Below, in pieces: positions 13,501 through 25,264 of a DNA stretch of 64,000 nt. The notes under the pieces are model-generated. The model made no database searches. It saw nothing but the letters and a program-made list of their open reading frames with translations, and was not told the origin of the DNA. Within the stretch, counting starts at the first letter, position 1, and each line of letters begins with the position of its first letter. The position numbers and the translations under genes were made by a program. The DNA comes from Iphione sp. A-MEVVRFRX5 (Eukaryota), in NCBI GenBank assembly GCA_976226885.1, contig OZ320321.1, positions 10,230,001-10,294,000 of the forward strand. The letters are read 5' to 3'.

Positions 13501-14715
13501 ACTAAGGATTAATTTCCATGTGGCTGTGTTTTCCATGAGCATGTAAATGTGTTTTTGGTTTAATTGTTTTTAGTAAATATAGTGTTCAACAGGGGTGTTT
13601 CCATGTACCTGTGTACCATGTAACATGTTTTCATATAGCATACTTCCATGTTTTTGGAATGAAAAAGTCTCCCAATTTTCCTGGTCATGTGTGCGTGTTT
13701 TTTGTCATAAGTGCTGGGAACTATGGCACATTCAAGTGGTGCTCGAAGGCTCTAAGCTCTTTCCATTGATATTTCAGTGCTTTCGGGCACATGGGAATTA
13801 AACATAATCTGTTTATCCAGTACTCATTGTAGTTCAGTTTTGTCGGGGACCACATAGTTAAATTTCCATGTATCCATGCAGTCAAGGCACCTTGTTTGTC
13901 TGGATACTGTTTATATAGAGGTGAGAAAGGACAGGAGACCTAGTTCATTTACATAACGCCATGGAAACAGAGTTGTTGAAGCATAGCCAATGAGGATATG
14001 TTTCAATCTGAAAACATGGTAACATGGACGACCAACAAGGTCCACAGCAACAATACATTAGATAGCCATAGTGATAGCGAGGTATTCCAGGCACATAAAA
14101 ATATGCTTTTAGATGCGTTGCTGTTATTATGAAACAGTCTGATGTCCTTCCATGCACACAGATTCAACGGAAAGACATACTGACCCCGGCGGGCCTTGTT
14201 GGGAACTGATATTGGTTGAAATCTACCTTCTAACCATCTTGGATATGCATCCATTGCCATAAAAGGGCAGTCATTGGCATTATGTAGATGGACTCATGGA
14301 TACCTGTACTACTGTAAGGGCCTTTTTTCCATGAATATTTTCTTACTATATTTTCTTACAAATCTTGACTAATGTCTCTGTAGATATCACACACGTGCGT
14401 ATCAGGGAAAAGCTATCCAGCTTTGATGGAATTATCCTGCTTACAAATGAAGGAAGACCATAGAGTCCCTAGCAACCTGGACATTTGGTGGTCGTCTGGT
14501 TGCAATTAATGTCACGCAAATTCATTCGTTTCAGACATAAAAGATACATCTCGGCGTCCGCTACAGATCGAGCTACAGCCCTAATACTATCTTTCATAGA
14601 CTTTTCCTGCAATGCATTTACGAGAGATCCAGCTAAAAGTTTAGCATTTGGCTTTTCGCAGACTTCCTGTAATGCGATTTTACAAGGGGCAGGCACGTGC
14701 GGCACTTTCCTGGAC

Positions 14716-14927
14716 NNNNNNNNNNNNNNNNNNNNNNNNNNNNNNNNNNNNNNNNNNNNNNNNNNNNNNNNNNNNNNNNNNNNNNNNNNNNNNNNNNNNN
14801 NNNNNNNNNNNNNNNNNNNNNNNNNNNNNNNNNNNNNNNNNNNNNNNNNNNNNNNNNNNNNNNNNNNNNNNNNNNNNNNNNNNNNNNNNNNNNNNNNNNN
14901 NNNNNNNNNNNNNNNNNNNNNNNNNNN
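14716..14927. other. Assembly gap (212 N)
   Basis: Run of N. Confidence 1.
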
Positions 14928-15244
14928 TGTTTCCCCATGCTCCCCACTCAATGCATGTATCTGGGTCAGCACAGACGTGATTGTAAACATGTGGTGTAGT
15001 ATTACATGGGAACAAAGTGCCACAATTTGGTGTATAATTTCTTCACTTTGGGTTTTGGGGAGAGAAAATCTATGCAATTATCCATGAACTTAAAAAGTGT
15101 TTACATAAACATATGAAGGGAAGCAAATGATAAAACTTGGAAAATGTCTCACACTCATAAGATCGCCTCCCCATGGCTGGTACTACTTTCAGGCAATGTT
15201 TTGTATATGTGGTGTAAAAACAGTCTTTGTTCAGTTTTATCTAA

Positions 15245-15552
15245 AGGCGGTGTTCACTTACATCCTGATTTTTACATTCCGCATCCGGACACGGGTGTGG
15301 ATTTTTTTCCAGCCAGCCTTTACCACCATAGGCATTCACATACATACAGATATTTCCATGTCTGGACACGGGTGCAGATGTCAAACCATCTGGGATGGGT
15401 TTTCTCCGGACATGGACATGGATTCCATAGGAGGCAGTGTTGAAAAACATCTGGTGACCACCAGGAAGTAATTAACAACTCTCTCTGCAGGGGGTTTTGT
15501 CTGCACCCACATCCGGGACAGATTTTGTGACAGGATGCATGTGAACAGGCCC
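15245..15552. mobile_element. PIF/Harbinger-like MITE, family A
   Basis: Imperfect TIRs (A)GGCGGTGTTCACTTACATCCTG / GGGCCTGTTCACATGCATCCTG with TAA on both flanks; homologous along its length to 6475-6783. Confidence 0.75.
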
Positions 15553-15856
15553 TAAATGTCCACTCTCCATGGAATCCGGAGTAGACCCATAGGGCTTTCT
15601 CAAAGGCTTCCATACTCCCTCGAGGAGACAGAAACAAAGGAAGAGAAACCTTTTAAATGTACATTATTGTGCTTCCAAACCAGACCCACTCGGTGACCCC
15701 GGGAACCCACCCAGTGGGACTGCTGTACTGTTTTCAGACCATACAAGTGCCTTCAGCGCCTACACTGGTTGGTGAGAGAGTGTGTGTGTGTGTGGGGGGG
15801 GGGGATGTCAGAGCGTGGATGGGGGGGGGGATCAAAGTACAGACTCATCTGGCCTT

Positions 15857-15987
15857 TTACAACCCTTGGTTCTGCTTGACTGCACAGAGAGGGGTAGGAA
15901 TACTCCACTGTGTATAGAAAGTAGGGCCACATATGTCAGCCTCGATGGCCGGACTACTTTCAGGCAACGTTTTATATGTGTAGTGTA
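15857..15987 (+). repeat. Dispersed repeat; related copies at 39320-39590, 15168-15220 and, inverted, 43315-43390
   Basis: Shared blocks acaaccctt.gttctgcttgactg.acagag and gccggactactttcag.caac.ttt.tata.gtagtgtaa. Confidence 0.65.
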
Positions 15988-16309
15988 ATTATGGTGTACG
16001 GCTAGTTGAAACATGAATGAACGTGCTCGCGATACGCCCTCTACCCTCGCCAAGTCATGACATCCTTCATAATCGTACCATAAAATCCGTACACAAAAGC
16101 AGCACGTCTCGTTATAAAATCATTCATGATGAAAATAACTAATTCTATAACATTCTCATGTTTTTGGAGCATTGTATTACCTGAACGTATTGTTATTTGC
16201 TGCTAGAAAGGGGTACTGTAATGGTAATGAAATTCAAATTTCATTGTACACGAGGTGAGTCTATTCATCATTACCCTAACACTGCCTTCACTACAATATT
16301 CACAATGGG

Positions 16310-16395
16310 TTTCTGGGTTTTTTGTGCATAGGAGTCAGAATCGTATACACTCGTGGCCTTTGTGACAAGTTGTTGACACTCTGGAGTGGTGCTAC
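16310..16395 (+). repeat. Dispersed repeat; second copy at about 60490-60570
   Basis: Shared ttttgtgcatagg.g.cagaatc.tatacac...ccttt..caagttgt.gac. Confidence 0.55.
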
Positions 16396-17769
16396 AGTTT
16401 TACAATGTATATGTATTCATTCATCCGTGATAGCTTAATGCTTCTGTTTACATTTCTCTGTACCCATCTGGGACAGGTTATCACGCAATTGCATACGATT
16501 CTCCATAGGAAAGTATTGGAGGAGGAGTTCTATGGGTATCTGGTGTTATATCATCACACGTCTCTATGAGGGGGCTTTATGCACAACGCACAATGCACAA
16601 CACACCATGAAAATATAGGATACATGGACAACCGAGGGCTAAACTTTGTACAGATGTTTACTAATGTCTGCATAGATATTGCATACATGTGTGTATCTGG
16701 GCAAGCTCTCCAGACTTGATGGGCTATCCTACTGACAGATCCATGAACAGAATAGGTGTCAACCACACTTTCAGTCAGGCCTCTATATCTGGAGTCACTA
16801 GAGTCTTGCAAATTTGTCTGTTCCAGACAATATGGATACATATCCCAAACTGCAATAACGTGTACAGTCGAATCCCATCTACCGGAGAGGCAATATTCGG
16901 AATTTCTCAACTACCAGACCCTAACAAAATAACCAATTATTTTACACTATAAATTGTAATATTTATCCGAACTTCGCTATCCATAATCAGAGTCGATTTG
17001 AAGACATTTTTACTTAATTTATATAGAAAATAGACAGGGTTAACTGGACAAGGGACTCTTCATATATACGTCTGCCCTCAATTATTCACCAAATGACCTG
17101 TCTTAAACAACGATTGTTTTTGCCCTCATCTACATCCCAATGGACCCTTTATACAGATGCATTTAAACAAATGTTTTTTTTATTACCTCGTCAGTCAGAA
17201 AGGCACATAACTGAACAGTGCTTGCCATTCTATGGAAACTTGTGTGTTTGAGCTGTGTGCGCAAATAAACAACGATGATTTACACTTAGCCGCTTCCTGT
17301 GCCCGCCCCGGGTGAATCTTGATTACGATGTGGCAGGCACGGGGAAGATAATGCGCCCTCTGCCAAATCTCCCTACAAGCTTAAACTAAAGCTTTCCATA
17401 TGAGCCGCATCTGCGGATGTCAGCCTGAAGATGGATGGGCTGCCTTCTTGCGGCAGCAGTTGCTGGGATACTCGTGGGGGGGGGGGGGGCTTGGCGGAGG
17501 GTAGTTGTGTAGACAACCGGGTGGGAGGGGGGTGTAAGTACACACTCCAGGCGTGGGTAAACAAGTTCTTGTCTGCAGTGGTTCATCTGGCAAGTCGAGA
17601 CTGGACCGAAGATTCTAATATTGGCTGAAGTAGACAACAATTATCTTCTACTATTTATAACTTTAACCCTGTGTCAGATGTAAGACAGTGGGAATCTAGT
17701 AGACCATCTGCATGAAAGGGTTCAACGAATAACATCAACTTGCCTCACCTTCGAAGATGCTGAGTGAGA

Positions 17770-18290
17770 CATGCCATTAAAAGGACTGACCCCTACTCTA
17801 CTGTCTGTCCTTACCATTGGTGCTTAGTTAACCCATATCGTCAGACCACCAGTCTATCCATGCTATTGATTTTAGACTTCACCTGTTTTCTTCTTGCCCA
17901 ACATTTCTTTATGCTCGTAGTACGATTGATAACCAATATGGTTGACCCAACCGTCTATCATTGTTATTCCGTTATTGTTACTCTGCCCTATCAGCTTTAT
18001 GGTAAACCTTCATCGTTGGCCCATTCTGTATTCATTTTTTCAGTAGTTGGCCTGTATAGTTGCTCCTACCATCTATCAATGTTAAGGGTTTTATATTTAA
18101 CCAGCATGATGTATCCCACTGTCTATCAATGGTATCAGTGTTCTAGCTAACCTATATGATTGGCTGACCATGTGTCCATGTTTCTTACATTATCGTTAGC
18201 CTCTATGCTTAGTCGTATCATCTCTCAATGTTAATGGTGTCACAGTTAACCTGTATGGTTGACCCACTATTTATCCTTCCCATTAGTAAG
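17770..18290. repeat. Old degenerate tandem repeat region
   Basis: Recurring tggttgaccca / ctgtctatcaatg / ttcttac motifs. Confidence 0.45.
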
Positions 18291-20380
18291 CATCCCGCTG
18301 GGTACCCATAAATAATAGGTCCAACAAATATGTAGGAGTACTCCACGGCGGCTATTTATATATATATATATATACAATGTATGTATCTACTTTAGCAGCT
18401 AAAGACGGCAAAATAATCAGTGGATCTTCTTACCAATTTATTCAAAATGATCTGAAAATATCTTCATTTCCTCACTCTCACCGATATAAGGGGTGTTTGC
18501 ACGATGTAATACGCCATCTATCTTTGCATACAGTGTACTTGTTTGATTTGTTAACCATGTATTAAATGTGAGATTGGAACCTTACGTTTCCTTACATGAC
18601 ATCTTATAATTTTGGCCTCATACACACTGTCTTGTCTATAAATCTGCATTAAGAGTAAAGATCTCCTTTGATGTCCATCGATGGTATTCTCAACCTCTGC
18701 AAGCTTGCCCAGGTCGTCTTGTCCACGGTGGCGAGAGTATCGCTTTACATTAGGCCTGTTATGACATATCTGTTTCCCGGTAACCTGACCATCCCGACAT
18801 TTTGGCCTGTTGCTGCGTTTTTTATGATTGTTTTGCCCATGTCTTGGAAATAGACTCATACAATACACCATTTTGTTCCTTAGGTCATTAGCTTCCATAT
18901 GATAATAGTTTCATGACGATCTAAAGCAGTACAACTGATAGTTCCAAGCATGGAAAGTACCATCTTGCCTTTTCACTTTTACATGTGTGTGTAAAAGACA
19001 GAACATTATCTACCAACCATATATTTTTTCAATATGTTACCAGAAACACAATTTTGGGGAAGGGATCTTAGCAGAGAGAAAATTTTGTCATTTCCGTTTC
19101 ACAATTTGCGTATTGGGGAAAAGATTAAAACACTGGTTGCATGAAGGAAATTGAAACCATTACTATCCCGTTCTTTACCGAAAGGTGTACAATAACAATG
19201 CCCGTCACCATTGATTCAACTACCAGTGATGTGGGTCCTTTCTTGGAACTCAAGCTAAAAGTAATTTTCACCTGATTCTCTCTGGTTCCTATCCTCTGTT
19301 TTAAGGGTGGGAGATGGGGCAGTGTATGTATAGAAGAGAGAGGTCATAGCTGTATCCTGGGGGGAAGAGAGAATTATGAACACTTCGACTTGCTCACCCA
19401 TAACATTCACACTTTAGGAGTTTTTGACAAATGTGTTGACTAGAACAAATCTAGTGACATCATACAAATTTGGGGCGAATTTGTTGAAAAACGGTCATGT
19501 ATGTCTGGGCATTTCAGCGAATGCAGAAGGATGGCATGAGGCATCTGTCCTATAATAACTGCTTCCCATGATCACAGTCATCGCCATCACACCCTACGGT
19601 TTCACTGCACATTATGAACTTTTCCATGAAACGTAAATTTATATTACAGTATACTGCGCTCACGACCATGTCCCGGATGCAACCACGCCCCCTGGTGACA
19701 CATACCAATACATGTACATAATCAGCGTACTGAACTGTCTTTCAACTCTGCCTCTCATCTTTTTTCTCTCTCTGAATGACGACGTGCGCTTTGTTGTGGG
19801 AGGGAGGGATTAAATCCTCACGGGGTCATTAACATGCACTAGCTATAAAGCTCGCTGCCCTTTCATCTCAGTTCACGTAAACGAGCTTTATCTCGTGCTT
19901 CATCCAGTACGTGAAGCGGTCATCCGTTTCACCGTGAGGTCTCCCTATAGCTGCTGTTATCTGTACACAATGGTTCGTTAGCAGGTGCCACTTTATCGCA
20001 AGAAACACCTCGTATGTCCCTACTGTTGCCTACTTGCTGAGAACATTATGTATGCTGTTCACGGAAACAGTTGCGCTGGCGAAACTGTGTGAATGAATGG
20101 ACATGGATTTTTTTACTAAGCTGTTCTCATGTTATCTCTGTACAAAACACCAGCGCATGCATCAGACACACAACAATCTGTCTACAGCTGGTGTTCACAC
20201 AAAATGATGCACGTATTGGATGCGTGTGAGATGCTGATTTTATCAGTTCTCAACATGGCCCCTAGGGCAGGCTTTGTCTACTGTATTTAATACGGATACT
20301 TATGAAGACACTCACACCCATCCCTAAACGGACCCTCGGTTCAGAAGAAAACGTGCCTCATAACAAGACCGGGAACCGGA

Positions 20381-20540
20381 TACGTACGTAGACAATAGTA
20401 CGCACGTGTGTACCTACGTAGACATTAGTGCGTACGTGCGTAAGTACGTAGATATTAGTTTCGTACGTAGATATTAGTACGTATGTGTGTACCTACGTAG
20501 ATATTAGTACGTACGTGTGTACTTACGTAGATATTAGTGC
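20381..20540. repeat. Minisatellite, 30-bp unit, about 6 copies, rich in TACGTA/CGTACG palindromes
   Basis: tacgtagatattagtacgtacgtgtgtacc; tacgtag at 20385, 20415, 20445, 20464 (short unit), 20494, 20524. Confidence 0.9.
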
Positions 20541-22343
20541 CTAGGTAGTATCAAGTATGGGTTGAGTTCAAGCACAAGCATCCCCCTAGGAATCACTGTG
20601 TCTATTGTATTTAATGTGTATAGACAGAAAAGCCATAGGCGGCCTGGGCCCAAAAGTATTTTATGGCTACATATCCAGCACCATCAATATGTGATCATAG
20701 ACGGCCGACCTCATAGCTAACCAGAACCCAGGGAGGGAACTTGGGAAAGCTGACACAGATGATACGGACATCTATCAGAGTGGCCTCCTAATATAGAGGG
20801 TTTAACTTATATAAAATGTCGGATGGGTTTATAATATAGGCCGGAACATGACCTTGCCATCGCCAAGCAAACCAGAAGGACGATTCAGTTAGACTAATGA
20901 AACATCTATAGTGAGTACCTTCTCTCTCTGTCCCTCTGTCTGCTTCTCTGTCTCCCTCAGAACAACACTTTAATCTTGAGTGTTTCCACAAACTCGTGTT
21001 TGTACTGGCCTAACACCCACCCAGCTGTGGTCAATGACAGCTCTTGTTGTCGATTTCCGCACGAAGGTCACATGATAATGCTGCACACGGACTTTAAGGC
21101 TGTTAGTTTATCTAATATATCATGAGACGTATTTTATGACTTCCCATTACATCGACCCTGAAGCTTAATTCCAGGAAATATCCACTCAGAATACGGACAA
21201 TGGGATATGTCATACAAGTTTGAAAAGAAAACATGGTTTCTGCCTCACAAACGCTACTATGATGAACGAAGCGGGATGGTTATTTTCAACCTATCCATGG
21301 AACACGGTTTTTTGGAACAAACAAAATATTCCTGTGAATATACTCTCCTTTTCTCTTTCCTTCTAATAACTGAATACCGTCTGGACATTCAAGGCATGAC
21401 AGTTTTCCAATGGAACTGCTCAAGGTCCCAAAGAGGAGCAGCCCTAACAGACCAGGCCCCTATCTGAAGGGGTATCAGGGCTATCGTCCGATACCCCCAC
21501 AAAAATGAATGCCTAGAGGTATGAATACAGATGGTTACCAGGAGTTCCGCTTATGAGGTACTGGGGGGTATGGGACGATGCCCCCTTGAAAACGTCCTGG
21601 CCACGGGCCTGCAGACCCATAAACTTCCAGTGAAAACAGTAACATGATCCCTTTCAAGGAGCAGTTATGTTCTCTTTGTTGGCGACTGTCAATAACTTCC
21701 CAAAGGACCTTTCCATTATTCCCACAGAAAGGCTAGCATAATCTATCTGAAATGATAATTGTCTATTTAATCCAGTTCAGAAGCATTACAATCAACAGAT
21801 AACTCATAATCAAGGTGAAAATGTGTCATTCATAGGAAAACAATGTTCGTGCTGTTTAACACTAAAAGGAAACGACAGGAAGTGTGTACATTGAAATAAA
21901 GGCGCCGAGTTGACATTTCTTGGGCCTTGTGGGCGTGTGTGTGGGGGGGGAGCAGTTCTAGACAGACGAGCCCATCTGCTGCACCCGACTCCCCAGCTTG
22001 GTTTCACCGTGGGATGTTCGCCTCCTAAACTCTAGAAGCTACAGTGAGGCCGGCGCGACCCCAGATGCTGCTATGTTAGTTCTCTCTGCCTAAGTTGCCT
22101 AGCGCGCCTCGTTGTAAAAGCTGTGTCCCCTGTGGTCCAACGTAGTTTAACAAGCGGTATGTATTCTTACTTCTGGGGAACTTCCCATGCTTGGAAAACT
22201 CACACTCTGGCACACTGTTCCCCGACAAGTTAGAACAGTGCGAATGTGATTTCAGGACATGGAAGTACTCTAGTATGAGTGTGAAGTTTCGTAGATATTG
22301 TGATTCCAAAAAGACAACTTTTATATGGTAAAATAGCACTCAC

Positions 22344-22409
22344 CCAAAAGAGAAAGTTGAATGCGAACATCAAGTACTTGATGCAGCTGTAGCAGCCTCC
22401 GAGCCCCAT
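22344..22409 (-). CDS. Tetraspanin family protein, first coding exon (N-terminal tail and start of TM1); remaining exons not found in window
   Basis: accaccATGG Kozak context; MGLGGCYSCIKYLMFAFNFLFW is the typical tetraspanin C-x-K-Y-L-x-F-x-F-N-x-x-F-W start; it ends at a phase-0 donor TGG|GTGAGT. Confidence 0.88.
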
Positions 22410-22419
22410 GGTGGTGATG

Positions 22420-22594
22420 GTGTAAAAGGGGAATCCGACCGTCCTTATCCTCCGACAAACGAACGAACGACGCGCACAAAGCACACGACTTGGGAAGATG
22501 AAATCAGGCTGTGAAGGATGCCCGCGTCCACCGAATTCACAACGGTGGAATCCTCTATCCTGTCAACAGGCAGTGGGATGGGCTCCTAACGTCT

Positions 22595-22634
<40 letters not shown>

Positions 22635-23359
22635 GCTGCGGCAGGTGCGGTTCTCAGAGCCACACTGTTCCAGGTACTAGTGTTCCCGGCTCTCACACGT
22701 TTGGTGGTAGCAGCGGTGCAGGCTAGTCCTTGGTGGGACGAACTGAGCGCCACCACCGCGTGCCAGCAGGAGTGTAGGCTTGTGTATGCTCCACGAGCGG
22801 GAGGTGATGGTTAGGGGCAGGGAGGCTGCTGAGGGAGGGAGGGGGGGGGGGGCGAGTGGGAGTAGAGCGCGGATATAGGGGGTAGTGGAGAGGGTATAGA
22901 GGGGTCGAGGGAGAGCCGGGGTCGAGGGGAGGGATGTGTGAAGGCGGCAGGGAGCGAGGGCGGTTACTCAGTGATGAACACCCCCGCGCACATGGAGGAG
23001 AAGGAGCAGGAGCAGGAGCAGGAGCCCCAGCAGCCAAGCTCGGCCGTGGTGCCACACGTGCAGCTTTCGTCGAAGTCTCTCACCCACCTATGAATGGATG
23101 CTGGTATGGGAGGAAGACTCCGAGGAGGAGGAGGGGGAGGAAGAGGGCGGCGGGAGGGGGATATGCCTACCTACGCACAATACAACGCACGCACGCTCAC
23201 ACACACATGCACACAGGATGCCATTCACACGACACCGAGGAGGCGGCGGTGGCGGCAGAGGCTCACGTGCCGGGAAGCCCGCCCGAGGGCACCTACGCCC
23301 GTCCATGGCGGAGGAGGCAAAGAGAGGGCGGACGTAGTGGGTAGATGATCGCAAGGTGG

Positions 23360-23393
<34 letters not shown>

Positions 23394-23460
23394 ATGTCAT
23401 GCCAATCCAGTGGTCTTGCGCTCAACACGCTCAACGCTGGGAAAACAGTACCCAAGTCCT
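22420..23460. promoter_or_regulatory. CpG-island-like promoter/5' region of the tetraspanin gene
   Basis: Much more GC/CpG-rich than its flanks; (GCG)13 at 22595-22633, (CTG)10 at 23362-23391, CACGTG E-boxes at 23055 and 23264; lies immediately 5' of the tetraspanin ATG. Confidence 0.7.
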
Positions 23461-24892
23461 GTCCACTTTAAGTTATATCGTCTACTCCCCCCCCACCAAC
23501 TTCAGTACCCGCGGAAGTACTGGCACATTCTGATAAAGAATTTAGGAAAATGTTAACATAATCTAGTTTTAGTCCGTATATGTGGAGTTTATGTCCAGTT
23601 GAAGTTTCAATGCCTCCAACCATTGAAGAGAAACCTGAGACCCTGTGATATAGTTGATATCTGCACTTGATACATTTGTTTGTCAACTTGTATGAGACAA
23701 ACTGAATTGTGTACAGGAGCGCGAAATTAACTGGATGCAAAGTTAATCGTTATATAAATTCGATCTTTGAAATTCTACATGAAATCAGAACCCTTTGACA
23801 GTCCCCCCCCCCCCCGTGGATAGGGATGGTACTGGACCAGAGCTGTTCACATCATACCAAATTGTCTAGGACTGTAAATTATTATAGTCCGCACAGTAAG
23901 CTGTTCAGTTTATGGTTAACCGAAGCTATTGCTAACTACAACGATGACGGTATCCCATAGGTCAGGCTTGCTTATGGAGGAGGGAGCGGGGGGGGGGGAT
24001 TCCAGGTCACCCAAATAATAGTTCTCCAAAACACCAAACCTTTTCATGACCATAACTCATTATAATCTGTGCCGTAACCTATCCAGCATATAGTCAACCT
24101 TGAGTATTTGCTTGTGCAACTATGATGCTTGCCCTTAGAGGACTAAGGCAGTGTTCATATGTATCCGTATTTTTCAAAATATGTCTGGACCCATAGCTGT
24201 AAAATATCCAACCCCTAGTGATTGAGTTAATGTCTTTACATGTGTCCATTCAAAATGGATACGGACCCGTATCAAATTTCTGAAAATGCTGAAGACACAT
24301 ATTTTACGGGTATGGGCCCATATCCGTATTGAGAAGTGGGTGCTTGAAAATTATTGAAAATTATTGATACAGACACATTTCAACACCCACACAGGTGAAC
24401 AATCAGACAAAAACCATACACCGGGCACCATATTTTTTTCCTGTCTGGACAAGTTTTGAACAGATCCATGTGACAAGCGGATGTCAAGCTTGATTATACG
24501 GGGAGAGGGGACATGTTCAGGGTCCTCCAAATAATACTTCACAAAAATTGCAGGGAGGTGAAGTAATGATTCTTGCTCAACTTTGAAGCCAACTATAACG
24601 ACTGGTATAAAAAATTGAGGAGGTTAAGATAACAATTGGCACAGTATTTAGAAGGCAAATAAAGACTGAAAAAGAATTAAGGCTGAATTTCCTTAGGCAC
24701 GCTTTTTCATGACCAATGCTGCTTTATTTCAACAGTGGGACGTATCATCCACAGCATGTTACCATGGGCATGAAAATGCCTTAAAAGTTGGCTGAAAAAA
24801 ATAGAGAACTTGGCAAATTTGGCTGAAAAATACCGAAACTGATACAATTTTGGCCGGAAACTCACGCACAACGGCGAAACTGATGCAATTAA

Positions 24893-25264
24893 CCGTTCGC
24901 CGTTTTACGTCCTTACGACGCAAAATGATCTAAGACAATCATTGCAACTGGTAGAGAGACTACGACAGATACAGGTCTGACTACGACAGCCCACATGCTG
25001 CCTGTAAAAAAAATCAAGATAGGGGATGTCTTTCCAACCCCCAATCACACAGTTCTAATTGTCTGATTTTAATAAAATGTATATCAAATGAAAGCTAAGG
25101 ACTCAAGGAAGAAGTTGGTGTATAGATTTTCTTTCTATCTTTAGTGATAATGAAGATACAGCCTTGTAAATTTGACCCACGAACTCACGATGTAAATGAC
25201 GTAAATTTTACCGCGAGTGTAAACAACGTCATTTTAACATAAAATGACGTAAAACGGCGAACGG
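24893..25264. mobile_element. TTAA-flanked MITE (piggyBac-like), 372 bp
   Basis: Perfect 19-bp TIR CCGTTCGCCGTTTTACGTC; TTAA at 24889-92 and 25265-68; no ORF. Confidence 0.85.

Noticed and set aside
13945-14157. CCCG-containing minus-strand ORF as a tetraspanin exon
   Set aside because: The context (YLMYCCCGPCW) fits neither the TM2 GCCGA nor the EC2 CCG motif, and there are no matching splice sites.
18551-18898. Minus-strand 115-aa ORF as a LINE endonuclease remnant
   Set aside because: Only a vague resemblance; the diagnostic ETW, YRPP and GDFN motifs are absent.
22498-23455. Multiple Gly/Ala/Pro/Arg-rich ORFs in the CpG island
   Set aside because: They are expected from GC-rich, stop-poor sequence with triplet repeats and show no domain signal.
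23356-23556. Signal-peptide-like poly-Leu ORF
   Set aside because: The hydrophobic run is the (CTG)10 repeat, the start is GTG, and the remainder is not protein-like.
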